Of a DNA stretch of 64,000 nucleotides, positions 43,170-56,861 are shown in pieces (within the stretch, counting starts at the first letter, position 1; each line of letters begins with the position of its first letter). The DNA comes from Octopus vulgaris (taxonomy: Eukaryota). Below the pieces are notes generated by a model, which was given only the letters and a program-made list of their open reading frames with translations, searched no databases and was not told where the DNA came from. The stretch is from positions 28,644,001-28,708,000 of the forward strand of contig OX597840.1 in assembly GCA_951406725.2 (NCBI GenBank), in the 5' to 3' direction. Position numbers and translations under genes: made by a program.

Positions 43170-43515
43170 ACTGCCTTTAATCGAGCAACTCAACCCCGGG
43201 ACTTATTCTTTGTAAACCCAGTACTTATTCTATCGGTCTCTTTTTGCTGAACTGCTAGGTAACGGGGACATAAACACCCCAGCATCGGTTGTCAAGCAAT
43301 GCTAGGGGAACAAACACAGACACACAAACATACACGCACATACATATATATACATATATACGACAGGCTTCTTTCAGTTTCCGTCTACCAAATCCACTCA
43401 CAAGGCTTTGGTCAGTCTGAGGCTATAGTAGAAGACACCTGCCCAAGGTGCCACGCAGTGGGACTGAACCTGGAACCATGTGGTTGGTAAACAAGCTACT
43501 TACCACACAGCCACT
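43170..43515 (-). mobile_element. SINE family A
   Basis: Matches family A. Confidence 0.8.
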
Positions 43516-44116
43516 GTTTATATGCAAACCACATTCTCAAGCTGAGCTAAGTGGTAGGAGAAATTGTTGGATGGTAGCCATAGATTCACCTGGTTTCTTT
43601 TGAGAATCCAGCTAGAAAGGCTTTTGACTGTTGCTTCTCATATGACCTTAAGGAAGGGGTCCCTGAGGACTGTATGCCCCCCCTCCATGACTCTTCCAGG
43701 AATAGTGGGCAGAGAAAATGGATGGTATTAGATGGATAATGAAAGCTGAATGTTGGGGAGAGCAAGGCTGGTGAATAACCAGTCGGACGCTGTCTCCTAT
43801 TGATACTGATTGGAATAACAAACTCTTCCGCTCTAAATCTCTCAGATATTTCTGGAAAAGGTGAGAGGAAAAATGATTGATTGATAGAGAGATGGATAAA
43901 GATTTAGATATAGATAAATACAAAGATAGATAGTATAGATAGATACAGAGCTATAGATAAACAGATTGAGATAGATTTAGATAGGTATAGATAGATTGAT
44001 AGGTAAATAAAGGTATGTAGATACAGATAGAGAGATAGATACATTAATATAAAGTGGCAGTTAGATTTATAGATAGATAGAGAGAAAGAGAGATAGATAG
44101 ATAAATAGATAGATAG

Positions 44117-44151
<35 letters not shown>

Positions 44152-44224
44152 GAGACAGATAAATAAATAGAGAGATAGATAAATAGATGGAGAGATAGAT
44201 AGATGGAGAGATAGATAGATGGAG

Positions 44225-44267
<43 letters not shown>

Positions 44268-44856
44268 GAGACAGATAAATAAATAGAGAGATAGATAAAT
44301 AGATGGAGAGATAGATAGATGGAGAGATAGATAGATGGAGAGATAGATAGATAGATGGAGAGAGAGATAGATAGATAGGTAGATAGATAGGTAGATAGAT
44401 AGACGGACGTGTAGATATAGTTAGATTAAGAGATAGACATAGATATTGATAGATATATAGATACATAGATATAGATAGATACATAGATATAAATAGATAG
44501 ATAGAGTGATAGTTAGATATATACAAACATAATAATAATATTAGGGAGTAAATCCAAACTTATAGGGAAAAATTAGATTTAGGATTAAATCTAATTTTAC
44601 AGTATAAATATAAATTAAATTAGAGATAAAACCACTATTAGGCAAATCAAACAGTGAAAAACATAAACCAAAACATAAAAATAAAAATAATTAATATTAT
44701 ATACAAAATATATAAAATATAAAATTCAAAATTTAAATTTGAATTATATATTTTGTATATTATATTAATTAATTTTATTTCTATGTTTTGGTTTATGTTT
44801 TTTCACTGTTTGATTTGCCTAATAGTGGTTTTATCTCTAATTTAATTAATATACAA

Positions 44857-45262
44857 AGGAGTGGCTGTGTTGTAGGTGGCTTGCTAACCAACCGCATGGT
44901 TCCAGGTTCAGTCCCACTGCGTGGCATCTTGGGTAAGTGTCTTCTGCTATAGCCCCGGACCGACCAATGCCTTGTGAGTGGATTTGGTAGACGGAAACTG
45001 AAGGAAGCCTGTCGTATATATGTATATATATATGTATGTATGTGTATATGTTTGTGTGTCTGTGTTTGTCCCCCTAGCATTGCTTGACAACCGATGCTGG
45101 TGTGTTTACGTCCCCGTCACTTAGCGGTTTGGCAAAAAGAGACCGATAGAATAAGTACTGGGCTTACAAAGAATAAGTCCCGGGGTCGATTTGCTTGACC
45201 AAAGGCGCTGCACCAGCATGGCCGCAGTCAAATGACTGAAACAAGTAAAAGAGTAAAAGAGT
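44857..45262 (+). mobile_element. SINE family A (full)
   Basis: Head, microsatellite and tail present. Confidence 0.85.
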
Positions 45263-45736
45263 ATACATAAATATAGATAGATTGAAAGATAGATCACAAA
45301 TAAAACACCACGTGAGTTGTCAACTCTGACACCACCACCACCACCACAACTACCCCCCCCCCATCACAACCCCCCCCACCATCCTTTACTGTGTTTACCT
45401 TTGTCTTTTTGTCCAAGGCTACGGGAGTGGGAGCAACGAGTGGGTGATGGTGCGAGGGTTTATTCACAAAGTCGTTGAGGTACTACGACAAAACTTTTTT
45501 TACACAATATGTTACGAAATGAGCCAAGCTGAGCCGAGTCTAAGCAAGCTATTTTTGTTCCTTGTATGTTTTTATCATGTTATTTAATTTTGCATGAAAA
45601 GCTGTGAGAATTAATGTTCTGTGTCATGGATACAAAAGCAAAACACAAGCACACACGCTTACACACAAATGCTCACAAAGGAACTGAGCTGGTTGTCGAA
45701 AGCTGTTGCACAATCAACCATCTTCCCTCAGGGTCC

Positions 45737-46216
45737 TTAACCCCTTAACAGCTTTCATTATCCATCTAATACTATCCATTAACATTTTGAGATGCTCTGT
45801 GTTTCTTTCAATTACTTTAAATATAACAAAGAATTTAATAAAATAACTTAGTTATCATTCAGCTAGTGTTAGGAACATAAATTGTGATTAAGGTTTGGTG
45901 GAAGATTTTAATTCAGAACTTATGAAAACAAGACATTTGTACTCAGAGCCAGAACCGGTTTCAGCCGGGTTGGTATCAAAAGGGTTAAGAATTGTTTCTC
46001 TATTATATATTTTAAACCTTTTGTTACCATATTTCTGCTGAGATGCTCTGTGTTTCTTTCACTTAATTTAAATTAACAAAGAATTTAGTAAAATAACTTA
46101 GTTATCATTAAACTAGTATTAAGAACGTAAATTGTGACTTAGGTTTGGTGGAAGATTTTAATTCAAACCTTATGAAACAGAAGCAGTTTCAGCCGGGTTG
46201 GTAAGGAAAGGATTAA
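45737..46216. mobile_element. Two tandem copies of a piggyBac-like MITE (about 200 bp)
   Basis: Direct repeats 45789-45988 and 46039-46216; TTAACCC / AAAGGGTTAA-type ends. Confidence 0.55.
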
Positions 46217-46329
46217 CATTTAATCTGACCATATCCAGCCCTAATATTCTGTTTTATGTTCAAGCTGACCATATCCAACCTCTTACACCTCTCCTACAAT
46301 GTCATTTCTAAAAACATACGCACACACTG

Positions 46330-46625
46330 GTGTTTGGCTGGTGCTGGGGACACGTAAAAGGTACTTGTGCCAGTGACACATGAGATGCATCCGTGCCAGT
46401 GACATAAAAGGCACTTGTGCCACTGATTCATAAAAGGCACCCATGCCAGTGACAGGTCAAAAGCAACCTCGTCAGTGGCACACAAGAGGCGTCCATGCCA
46501 GTGGTATATAAAAGGCACCTGTGCCAATGGCTCATAATAGGCACCCATGCTGGTGACAAGTAAAAGGCACCTGTGCCAGTGATATGTAAAAGGCACCCAT
46601 GATGGTGACACGTTAAAAGCACCCA
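46330..46625. repeat. Minisatellite, about 26-bp unit (TAAAAGGCACCTGTGCCAGTGACA) x about 11
   Basis: Directly visible; expansion inside a SINE-tail family. Confidence 0.85.
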
Positions 46626-47089
46626 CTACACTGTTTGGAGCTGTTGGTGTTAGGAAGGGCACCCAGCCGTAGAAACCAAGCCAAAATCAGACAGGAATCT
46701 ATACATGATTAATTCAAAGCAATGTGAATAAAAAAAGCATTATATTTGAGAGAGTTATGTGAATACTAAAGGGTTAAGCCAGCCCTACCAAGTCCAAATA
46801 TTCTGCAAATTTTATGCCCAAACTGGCCACATCTTGCTTCCCACATGTCCCGTACAATGTCATTCTATAAATAAACAATCACATCATTGCAATCTTGACG
46901 GTAACAACACAATAAAGAAGCATTACATTTGGCAGGGTTGTCTGAATACCAACTGTTCAAACAGCCATATCTGACCCAAATATAGTTCCGGTTTTATGTT
47001 CAAACTGGCCAGATCTTGCTTTTCACACCTACCCTACAATGTCATTCTTCAAATATACAATCATATCATTGAAATGTCAAAGCTAATTG

Positions 47090-48142
47090 GGATCTTTTCC
47101 TTTTGAACGGCAGTCTTCAACACAATTTCTAGTTAACTAAACACTTTAAAACTTGTCTGCTGTCCATGCTGGCATGGGTTCAACGGTTTGGTCAGGGCTG
47201 GGGAGCTGGGGAGCTGCACTAGACTCCAGTCTGATTTGGCAAAGTTTCTAAGGTTGGATGTCCTTCCTAATGCCAGCCATTTTACAGAGTGGGTTGGGTA
47301 TTTTTATGTGACACTGTGTTTATATATATACCAGCAGTAATGCCCGGTGTTGCTTGGGTTTGTTTCGATCCTTTAGAATTGGAAATTTTGAGAAGTAAAA
47401 ATTTTGCTTTATGTAGCTTGTTATTTATTCTCTTTAAGTGAACATTTTTCTGGTTGAAATACTGGTAGAATGTGTCAAAATAAAACATTTTTTTGTCTTG
47501 GCTTTCTTGAGAAAATTGTAATTTGTTTGTTTAACGTAGTTTAATTTTTCGAATTTTAACCAATGAATCGCCTCTATTGAGCTAAAATCATTCGCCGTGT
47601 CTAAAACTGAGACAACATCCTGTCACTGTTATGTTTACGTTCGGAAACCGTGTGTATAAAATTATAGAATTATTTTGTTTGTTAATTGTTTAAATTATTT
47701 TCCATTGCCTTCGTTTTAGCCTTTCGTTTGTGTTTTTTCTTAAGCAATGGAAAATAGTTTAAACAATACACGTGTATCTCAAAACAAAAACAAAACGAAT
47801 AATTTTAGACACACGTGTAACAATTAAATTAATTTAACAATTAAGAAAAAAAACGAAAGGCTAAAATTTAGGGTTAGGGTTAATGTAGGGTTAGGGTTAG
47901 GGTTAGTGACTGGATGTTGTCTCAGTTTTAGACGCAGCAAATGATTTTAGCTCAATAGATGCCTTAGGATTGGTTAAAATTCGAAAAATTAAACTACGTT
48001 AAACTTACAAATTACAATTTTCTCAAAAAAGCCAAGAGAAAAAAATGTTTTCTTTTGACACATTCTACCAGTATACGAAGTTTAAAAGTGTTTAGTTAAC
48101 TAGAAATTGGGTTGACATCTGCCGTTCAAAAGGAAAAGATCC
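47090..48142. mobile_element. Related TIR element with about 240-bp inverted arms, 8-bp TSD and a nested insertion
   Basis: GGATCTTTTCCTTTTGAACGGCAG termini; TSD GCTAATTG/GTTAATTG; TTAGGG repeats 47867-47905. Confidence 0.85.
47331..47460 (-). mobile_element. Helitron 3' end fragment
   Basis: Minus strand ends ACAAACCCAAGCAACACCGGGCATTACTGCTGG|T, like the 3' end of 10317-10626. Confidence 0.65.
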
Positions 48143-48333
48143 GTTAATTGTAACGCATAATAAATTCCAATGTGAATAAATAAGCAATACATTTGACAGA
48201 GTAATAATCTGAATGTGGAAGGGTTAAGCACACAGCTATGTTTGTGCTTATAATTTAGAAAATATTGTCTTATAGTATTTTTTTAGAGCAGGGGAGGGGG
48301 AGGATGTTAAAATATATATATATATATATATAT

Positions 48334-48919
48334 AGGTGCAGGAGTGGCTGTGTGGTAAGTAGCTTGCTAACCAACCACATGTTTCTGGGTTCAGTCCCAC
48401 TGCGTGGCACCTTGGGCAAGTGTCTTGTACTATAGCCTCGGGCCGACCAAAGCCTTGTGAGTGGATTTGGTAGACGGAAACTGAAAGAAGCCCATCGTAT
48501 ATATGTATATATATGTATATGTGTGTGTATATGCTTGTGTGTCTGTGTTTGTCCCCCAACATCGCTTGACAAACGATGCTGGTGTGTTTATGTCCCTGTT
48601 ACTTAGCGGTTCGGCAAAAGAGACCTATAGAATAAGTACTGGGCTTACAAAGAATAGAATAAGTCCCGGGGTAGATTTGCTCGACTAAAAGGCAGTGCTC
48701 CAGCATGGCCGCAGTCAAATGACTGAAACAAGTAAAAAAAAAAATATAGGCGCAGCAGTGGCTGTGTGGTAAGTAGCTTGCTTACCAACCACATGGTTCC
48801 AGGTTCAGTCCCACTGCGTGGCACCTTGGGCAAGTGTCTTCTACTATAGCCTTGGGCCGACCAATGCCTTGTGAGTGGATTTGGTAGACGGAAACTGAAA
48901 GAAGCCTGTCGTATATGTG

Positions 48920-48950
<31 letters not shown>

Positions 48951-49168
48951 TTGTGTCTGTGTTTGTCCCCCTAGCATTGCTTGACAACCGATGCTGGTGT
49001 GTTTACGTCCCCGTCACTTAGCATTTCGGCAAAAGAGACCAATAGAATAAATACTGGGCTTACAAAGAATAGAATAAGTCCCGGGGTCGATTTGCTCGAC
49101 TAAAAGGCGGTGCTCCAGCATGGCCGCAGTCAAATGACTGAAACAAGTAAAAGAGTAAAAAGAGAGTA
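48334..49168 (+). mobile_element. Two tandem full SINE family A copies
   Basis: Heads at 48334 and 48748; both carry the AAGAATAGAATAAGTCC variant. Confidence 0.85.
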
Positions 49169-49888
49169 TAGCATTTTTTTTTGAGCAGGGGAGTGGGGAG
49201 GGGTAGAATGTTAGAAAAAAATATATTTCGGTGGCTGAGGAAGGAGGCGGAGGCGGGAAATCAGAACAATTTTTTCTTTCTCGTCAATTTTTCTTTCTTT
49301 TTGTTCCTTTGTTTTTTTTTGTTTTCTTTGTCTGTTTCCGATATCCACATCATTCTGGTCAGTGTTCTCAAATGTCTGATAGCAATTACGACGAATGAGC
49401 AAATTTGGTAATTTGAGAGAGAATCAATATCATATTTTCCATTCGCTTCCAACAGGCAAACATTAAATTTTGGATTCGTTTGTTATTAAGATTGATTTCC
49501 TCGTCAGACAGTTGATCCATTCGTTAATTTTTCTGGCTTCTTTTGTCGTCGCTGGTGCAGTTGTTACATCTCTTGGTCAGCTTCTGATCAAACTGATGTA
49601 TGTTCATAGACGTTCCAACCATGACACGCCTGATTGTTTTTGTATCAGGAACATCTAGGCTGGCTGATGTATCTTTGCTGTTTCAAAAAGTAGAGTATAT
49701 GGTTTGAAGGATATCATCATTTAATGTCTGCTGTCCATGCTGGCATGGGTTCAACGGTTTGGTCAGGGCTGGAAAGCTGGAGAGCTGCACCAGACTCCAG
49801 TCTCATTTGGCATAGTTTCTAAGGTTGGATGTCCTTCCTAATGCCAGCCATTTTACAGAGTGGGTTGGCTGCTATTATGTGACACTGT

Positions 49889-49933
<45 letters not shown>

Positions 49934-50109
49934 GTGTATCTTTTGTTGTTTTTTTTTTATTTGCCTTGTATATGTATACACACACACATACATGATAGGT
50001 TTCCTTCAGTTTCCATCTATGAAATCCACTCACAAATTCCATGCACTGGAATTGAATCTGGAATCATGTTGTTGAGAAGCATGCATGCACGTGCACACAT
50101 GCACACACA

Positions 50110-50570
50110 AGTGCTCACACATACACAGGTGCTCACACACACACACACAGGTGCTCACACAAACACAGGTGCTCACACACACACAGGTGCTCACAGACAC
50201 CACAGGTGCTCACAGACACACAGGTGCTCACAGACACACAGGTGCTCACACACACAGGTGCTCACACACACACAGGTGCTCACGCACACACACAGGTGCT
50301 CACAGACACACAGGTGCTCACACACACACAGGTGCTCACACACACACAGGTGCTCACACACACACAGGTGCTCACACACACAGGTGCTCACACACACAGG
50401 TGCTCACACACACAGGTGCTCACACACACACAGGTGCTCACACACACACAGGTGCTCACACACACACAGGTGCTCACACACACAGGTGCTCACACACACA
50501 CAGGTGCTCACACACACACAGGTGCTCACACACACACAGGTGCTCACACACACAGGTGCTCACACACACA
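50110..50570. repeat. Minisatellite (CA)n-GGTGCT, more than 20 units
   Basis: CACAGGTGCT repeated with variable CA spacer. Confidence 0.95.
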
Positions 50571-51015
50571 CAAACACAAACAAAAAGCTAACCTGAATTC
50601 GTCTTTCATATTTAAAAAATTTTTCTCTGTAACTAAAGCCGACCATGTAACAGAAATCTAACCATTGTCTTTAACTCCCTCCTGCCTATCTCTTGACCTA
50701 ATTCTTCCCTCCACCATCCCCCCGTCACTCTCCTGTATTTGTCTTCTCATATACCTGTAACACCCCCACCTACCTCCTCCTCCCCATCACTTTCTGTGCC
50801 TGTGTTCTCTGACATACTTGCTGTCAGCAATTCCATCAAACATCTGATGTATGTGTTTGTGTGTGTGTGTGTGTGTTTGTATATATATATATGTGTGTGT
50901 GTGTGTGTATGTTCCTGAAGGTTGTTCTGACAAATGTTGTAGAAAGAATTTGTCTTTGTGCATGTGTGTGTGTGTGTGTAATTTTTTTGGTTCATATGCA
51001 TATATATATATATCT

Positions 51016-52610
51016 GGTGGCACGTAAAAAGCACCATCCGAACGTGGCCGATGCCAGCGCCGCCTTGACTGGCTTCTGTGCCGGTGGCACGTAAAAAGCA
51101 CCAACCAATCGTGGCCGTTGCCAGCTTTGCCTGGCACGTAAAAAGCACCCACTACACTCTCGGAGTAGTTGGCATTAGGAAGGGCATCCAGCTGTAGAAA
51201 CACTGCCAGATCAGACTGGAGCCTGGTGCAGCCTTCTGGCTTCCCAGATCCCTGGTCAAACCGTCTAGCCCATGCTAGCATGGAAAGCGGACGCTAAATG
51301 ATCATGATGATGATATGCGTGTGTGTGTTTGTGTGTCTGTGTTTGTTCCCCTAGCATTGCTTGACAACCGATGCTAGTGTGTTTACGTCCCCGTTACTTA
51401 GCGGTTCGGCAAAAGAGACTGATAGAAAAAGTACTGGGCTTACAAAAGAATAAGTCCCGGGGTCAAGTTGCTCAATTTTAAGGCGGTGCTCCAGCATGGC
51501 CGCAGTCAAATGACTGAAACAAGTAAAAGAGTAAAGATATATATATACACATACATATATGTGGTGATACTCCAGCATGGCCAAGACTTTTAGGCTGAAT
51601 GAAATCTTTGTAAGCCTCATATTTATTCTATCGTTTTCTTTTGCTGAACCGCTAAGTTACAGGGACATAAACACACCAACATCAATTGTCAAGGAAGCGC
51701 AGGTGTGGCTGTGTGGTAAGTAACTTGCTTACCAACCACATGGTTCCGGGTTCAGACCCACTATGAGGCAACTTGGGGAAGTGTCTTCTACTATGGCCTT
51801 GTGCCGACCTAAGTTTTGTGAATGGATTTGGTAGACGGAAACTGAAAGAAGCCCATCGTATATATGTATATGTATGTATGTATGTGTGTGTATATGTTTG
51901 TGATGTTGGTGTGTTTACATCCCTGTAGCGGTTCAGCAAAAGTGACGAATGGAATAAGAACTAGGCTTACAAAGAATAAGTCCTGCGGTTGATTTGTTCG
52001 ACTAAAGACGGTGCTCTAGTGTGGCCGCAACCAAATGACTGAAACAAATAAAAGAATAAAAGAATATGTATATATAGGCACAGGAGTGGCTGTGTGGTAA
52101 GAAGTTTGCTTACCAACCACATGGTTCCGGGTTCAGTCCCACTGCGTGGTACCTTGGGCAAGTGTCTTCACTATAGCCTTGGGCTGACCAAAGCCTTGTG
52201 AGTGGATTTGGTAGGTGGAAACTGAAAGAAGCCCATCGTATATATGATGTATATATTTGTGTGTTTGTCCTCCTGCTATCGCTTGACAACTGATGTTGGT
52301 GTATTTATGTACCTGTAACTTAGCAGTTCAGCAAAAGAAAACAATAGAATAGATATCAGGCTTACAAAGAACAGGTGACATGTAAAAACATGCTGTTGCC
52401 AATACTGCCTGACTGGCCCTTGTGCCAGTGGTACGTAAAAGCACCCGCTACACTCTCTGAGTGGTTGGCATTAGGAAGGACATCCAGCTGTAAAAACTCT
52501 GCCAGATCAGACTGGAGCCTGGTGCAGCCATCTGGTTTGCCAGTCCCTAGTCAAACCATCCAACCCATTGCCAGTATGGAAAGCAGATGTTAAACGATGA
52601 TGATGATGAT
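51016..52610 (+). mobile_element. Nested cluster of SINE A copies and a second tail family (GGAAGGGCATCCAGC...GTTAAACGATGATG)
   Basis: Repeated heads at 51697 and 52076; tails at 51016-51313 and 52375-52610. Confidence 0.75.
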
Positions 52611-53655
52611 TAGAAGTTTTGAGATAGGTGTCTGGCTGTAGAAGAGAGACAAGGATATTCCAGTTGGTAAAGAGGGGAGAAGAAGTGTTTAACTTGGAGA
52701 GAAATATTGAGAGGGAGAGAGTGAAAGAGATGGTGGTGGATCTATGCCAGGACATACCCTCAAGGTGCAGTGGAAGGTGGACGTGGGTGAAGTGACAGAG
52801 AGGATTGGACTGAGTAAGTGGGCAAGGAAAAGGGAAATTCTTCATAATGTGAGGGGAGATGGGACAGAGGGGGGCATTGTACCAGTTGATGGAATGTTAA
52901 AAGAATAATAAAAGGACAAAGGTAGAAGAGTTACAAGGATATTCCAGTTGGGGTGGGGGTGGGGGAGAATGTGAGACTTAGAAAGGAACATTGAGAGAGA
53001 GAGGGTGAGGGAGGTGGTGGTGGATATGTGCCAGGACATGTCTTCAGGGTAGAGTGGGGTTGGGTGGGGTGATTGTAGGTGGAGTAATACAGAGGATTGG
53101 AGTGGGTGAGTGAGCAAGGGAAACGGGGTGAGGGTGGGGGAGGATTTTCATAATGTGAAGGGAGATGGGGAGATGGGATAAAGGGAACTATAGTAAATGA
53201 AGGGGGAGAGGTATAGGAGTGGCCCAGGAGGAAGGTGGGGGCTTATGATAAGGGGTCATGTGAAGGTATTGGGAGTGATAGGGGATGAAAGAGGTGTATG
53301 GATCGATGGAGTCTAGCAGAGAGGAGAGAGAGAGAGAGAGTGAGTATGGCTAGGGGAAGATAATGAGGAATGGAGGTGGTTCTGGGAGGGGGGATGAAAG
53401 GGGCCAGTATGAAATGGAATGTGGGTGCATAGTATGTGGCTATTCTGTTCTCAGGTGATTATGGTAGTTGAATGATACCAGAGATAAAAAAGTGATGAGT
53501 GTTATGGGGTGAAATGTGGGGGTAGCTTCCCCCCTATAATGAGAATGGAGGTGGGGCAGATTTTTGCATATGGAAGCATTTTTTAGGGTGGTTTTAGGAC
53601 ACCAATTCTGTTGTAGTGGGTCGGTTTCCTCAAGCACAGCAAGGTGCCAGATATC

Positions 53656-54690
53656 TCAGACCCTTGTCATCTCCTTCTTAAGGCTCAGCATCTTGAGATG
53701 AGCCCTCAATGCTTCATTCCATGTCTTTCTGGGTTTCCCTCTTCCACAAGTTCCTTCCACTTTAAATGATCGGCACCTTTTTTTTTTGCCACTGTCTCCA
53801 TCCATCCACATCACATGACCAAACCAGCACACTTGTCTCTCCTCCACACAGCATCTACTCCTTCTTATGCCTAACTTTTCTCTCAATGCACTCTGTCATT
53901 GGTGCACACTAACATTGCATATCCAACAGAGCACACTAGCTGCATTCCTCTCTAGTGTTTGTATGTCCTCTACATTAGTGGAGGCACATGGCCTAGTGGT
54001 TAGAGCAGCAGACTCGTGGTCAAGGGATCGCGGGTTTGAATCCCAGACTGGGCGATGTGTGTGTTTATGAGAGAAACACCTAAGCTCCACACGGCTCCGG
54101 CAGAAGGTAATGGCGAACTTCTGCTGACTCTTTTGCCACAACTTTCTCTCACTCTTTCCTCTTGCAGCTCACCTGCGACGGACCGGCGTCCTGGGGAACC
54201 TACACGCCAAGGAAACCGGCCCTCATGAGCCAAGTATGGCTTGAGAAGGAACAAACAACAACAACAATATATGTGTGTGTGTGTGTATGTGTGGAGGCAC
54301 ATGGCCTAGTGGCTAGAGCAGAAGACTTGCGGTCAAGGGATTGCGGGTTCAAATCTCAGACCGGGTGATGTGTGTGTTTATGAGTGAAACACCTAAGCTC
54401 CACACAGCTCCAGCAGAAGGTAACGGCGAACTTCTGTTGACTCTTTCGCCACAACTTTCTCTGACTCTCTCCTCCTGCATCTTGCAGCTCACCTGCGACG
54501 GACCAGCGTCCCGTCCAGGTGGGGAACCTATACGCCAAGGAAACCGGGAAACTGGCCCTAATGAGCCAGGCATGGCTCAAGAAGGAACAAACGAATGTCC
54601 TTTACATTCAGGGTCCACACCTACCTACCATGTAGTAATGTAATTCATACACAAGCATCATACAATCTTCGTTTCACTCAGAAAGTGAGT
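53656..54690 (-). mobile_element. Degenerate RTE-clade LINE 3' coding remnant interrupted by SINEs
   Basis: VKRRLYDACV..LLHG..VWTLNV / LREKLGIR..WFGHVMWMD..GRGKPRKTW, with stops. Confidence 0.8.
53978..54594 (+). mobile_element. Head-to-tail pair of tRNA-derived SINEs (family C) bounded by one 14-bp TSD
   Basis: Heads GTGGAGGCACATGGCCTAGTGG at about 53978 and 54291; TSD ATGTCCT(C/T)TACATT at 53963-53976 and 54595-54608. Confidence 0.8.
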
Positions 54691-54696
54691 GACTGA

Positions 54697-54741
<45 letters not shown>

Positions 54742-54814
54742 AGAGAGACGTTTGGTTGCCAACAGAGGTAATTGCTCTGAACTTTCTCCATCCTCTTCAA
54801 ATTCTAGCAACTAT

Positions 54815-54986
54815 AGGTGCAGAAGTGACTGTGTAGTAAGTAGCTTGCTTACCAACCACATGGTTCCGGGTTCAATCCCACTGCATGGCACCTTGGGTAA
54901 GTGTCTTCTACTATAGCCTTGGGCCAACCAATGCCTTGTGAGTGGATTTGGTAGATGGAAACTGAAAGAAGCACGTTGTATATATG

Positions 54987-55035
<49 letters not shown>

Positions 55036-55250
55036 CTGTTTGTGTGTCTGCATTTGTTCCCCCAACATCGCTTGACAACCGATGCTGGTGTGTTTACGTT
55101 CCTGTAACTTAACGGTTCGGCAAAAGAGACTGATAGAATAAGTACTAGGCTTTCAAAGAATAAGTCCTGGGGTCGATTTGCTCAACTAAAGGCGGTGCTC
55201 CAGCATGGCCACAGTCAACTGACTGAAACAAGTAAAAGAGAAAGAGAAAG
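54815..55250 (+). mobile_element. SINE family A (full)
   Basis: Matches family A. Confidence 0.85.
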
Positions 55251-55694
55251 GGACACCTTCAGGATATCCTCTTCTGCTGGCAATTACGTCACCTAGGTAA
55301 CAGAAATTACCTACAGCCTCTGCTAATTCAATTTCCTGTACATCTATTGATTTTATGGCTCATGTGCATCTTCCACACACGAATACTACTGTCATTGTTA
55401 ACCTCCATGTGTTCCACTGCACCTCTTGTGTGTCAATAGCTTGCACTGGGCACAATGAATGAAATTCCTGCCTAGACCCTTCCTGCATATCAAATAGGTC
55501 CATTTACCTGAAGCGGGTAAGATCTTGATAAAGTGGGCAGTTAGTAGGTAGGGTTCTAATGGAGTTGGTAGTTTGTTTTATTACTTAATAATAAGAGATT
55601 TGACAATTGTTTCATTGATATTTTATCAGATGCAATCGGATGGTGGATGCCCGAGATCCTAGAAGACACACACACACACACACACAATGGATTT

Positions 55695-55734
<40 letters not shown>

Positions 55735-55812
55735 TAAGTAATTAAGGGTTTAGCAACGATTTGCCTCACCACACACCGAATTAGAAATAGCAGTCAAAGA
55801 GTTATAGCTATT

Positions 55813-55855
<43 letters not shown>

Positions 55856-56255
55856 AATAAAATAGAACATATGCATATATATAAACATATATGTACGTAC
55901 CTACCTCTACATGTACATATACACGCATATATGTGTACAGGACACCAAAAAGACGTCGAACACATAGAGAGACGAAAAACATAGACACAAACCAAGGAAC
56001 AGGACAAGCAAAAAAGAAAAAAAGAGATACAGGACAATAAGCACAACGAAAAATCCCCTTCTTCAGTCGCTAAGGTTTCATCTACTCTACGTTTCGAAGG
56101 ATAAAAGCGAGACGTATACTTCGAAGAAACTTCCTTCCTGCGAAAAGCAAATCAATTAAAATTCTGAGATCTTTTCGCAGAGGGGTAAAAAATGGTAAAA
56201 AAAGCAAGACGGTAACGACAGTACAAACATATAAACAGTATATATATATACACGT

Positions 56256-56418
56256 AGGTGTAGGAGTGGCTGTGTGTTAAGTAGCTTGCTAACCAACCAC
56301 ATGGTTCCGGGTTCAGTCCCGCTGCATGGCATCTTGGGCAAGTGTCTTCTGCTATAGCCTCGGGCTGACCAAAGCCTTGTAAGTGGATCTGGTAGATGGA
56401 AACAGAAAGAAGCCTGTC

Positions 56419-56466
<48 letters not shown>

Positions 56467-56670
56467 ATATGTTTGTGTGTCTTTGTGCCCCCAACATCAC
56501 TTGACAACCAATGCTGGTGTGTTTACGTCCCCGTAACTTAGCAGTTCGGCAAAAGAGACTGTTAGAATAAGTACCAGGCTTACAAAGAATAAGTCCTGGG
56601 GTCGATTTGCTCGACTAAATGCGGTGCTCCAGCATGGCCGCAGTCAAATGACTGAAACAAGTAAAAGAAT
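56256..56670 (+). mobile_element. SINE family A (full)
   Basis: Matches family A. Confidence 0.85.
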
Positions 56671-56825
56671 ACCAATGCTGTTTGGATATGGATATCTATA
56701 TGTGTATGTACAGATATCTATGTTTGTGTGTGTGTATGGATATGTGTATGTATATACCTTTCTACCTACTTATATATCTATCCATCTGTCTATCTCTTTG
56801 TTTGTCTATCTATCTAGCTAGCTAG

Positions 56826-56861
<36 letters not shown>

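Noticed and set aside
47867-47905. Telomere or chromosome fusion site
   Set aside because: Only a few TTAGGG units, internal to a TIR element.
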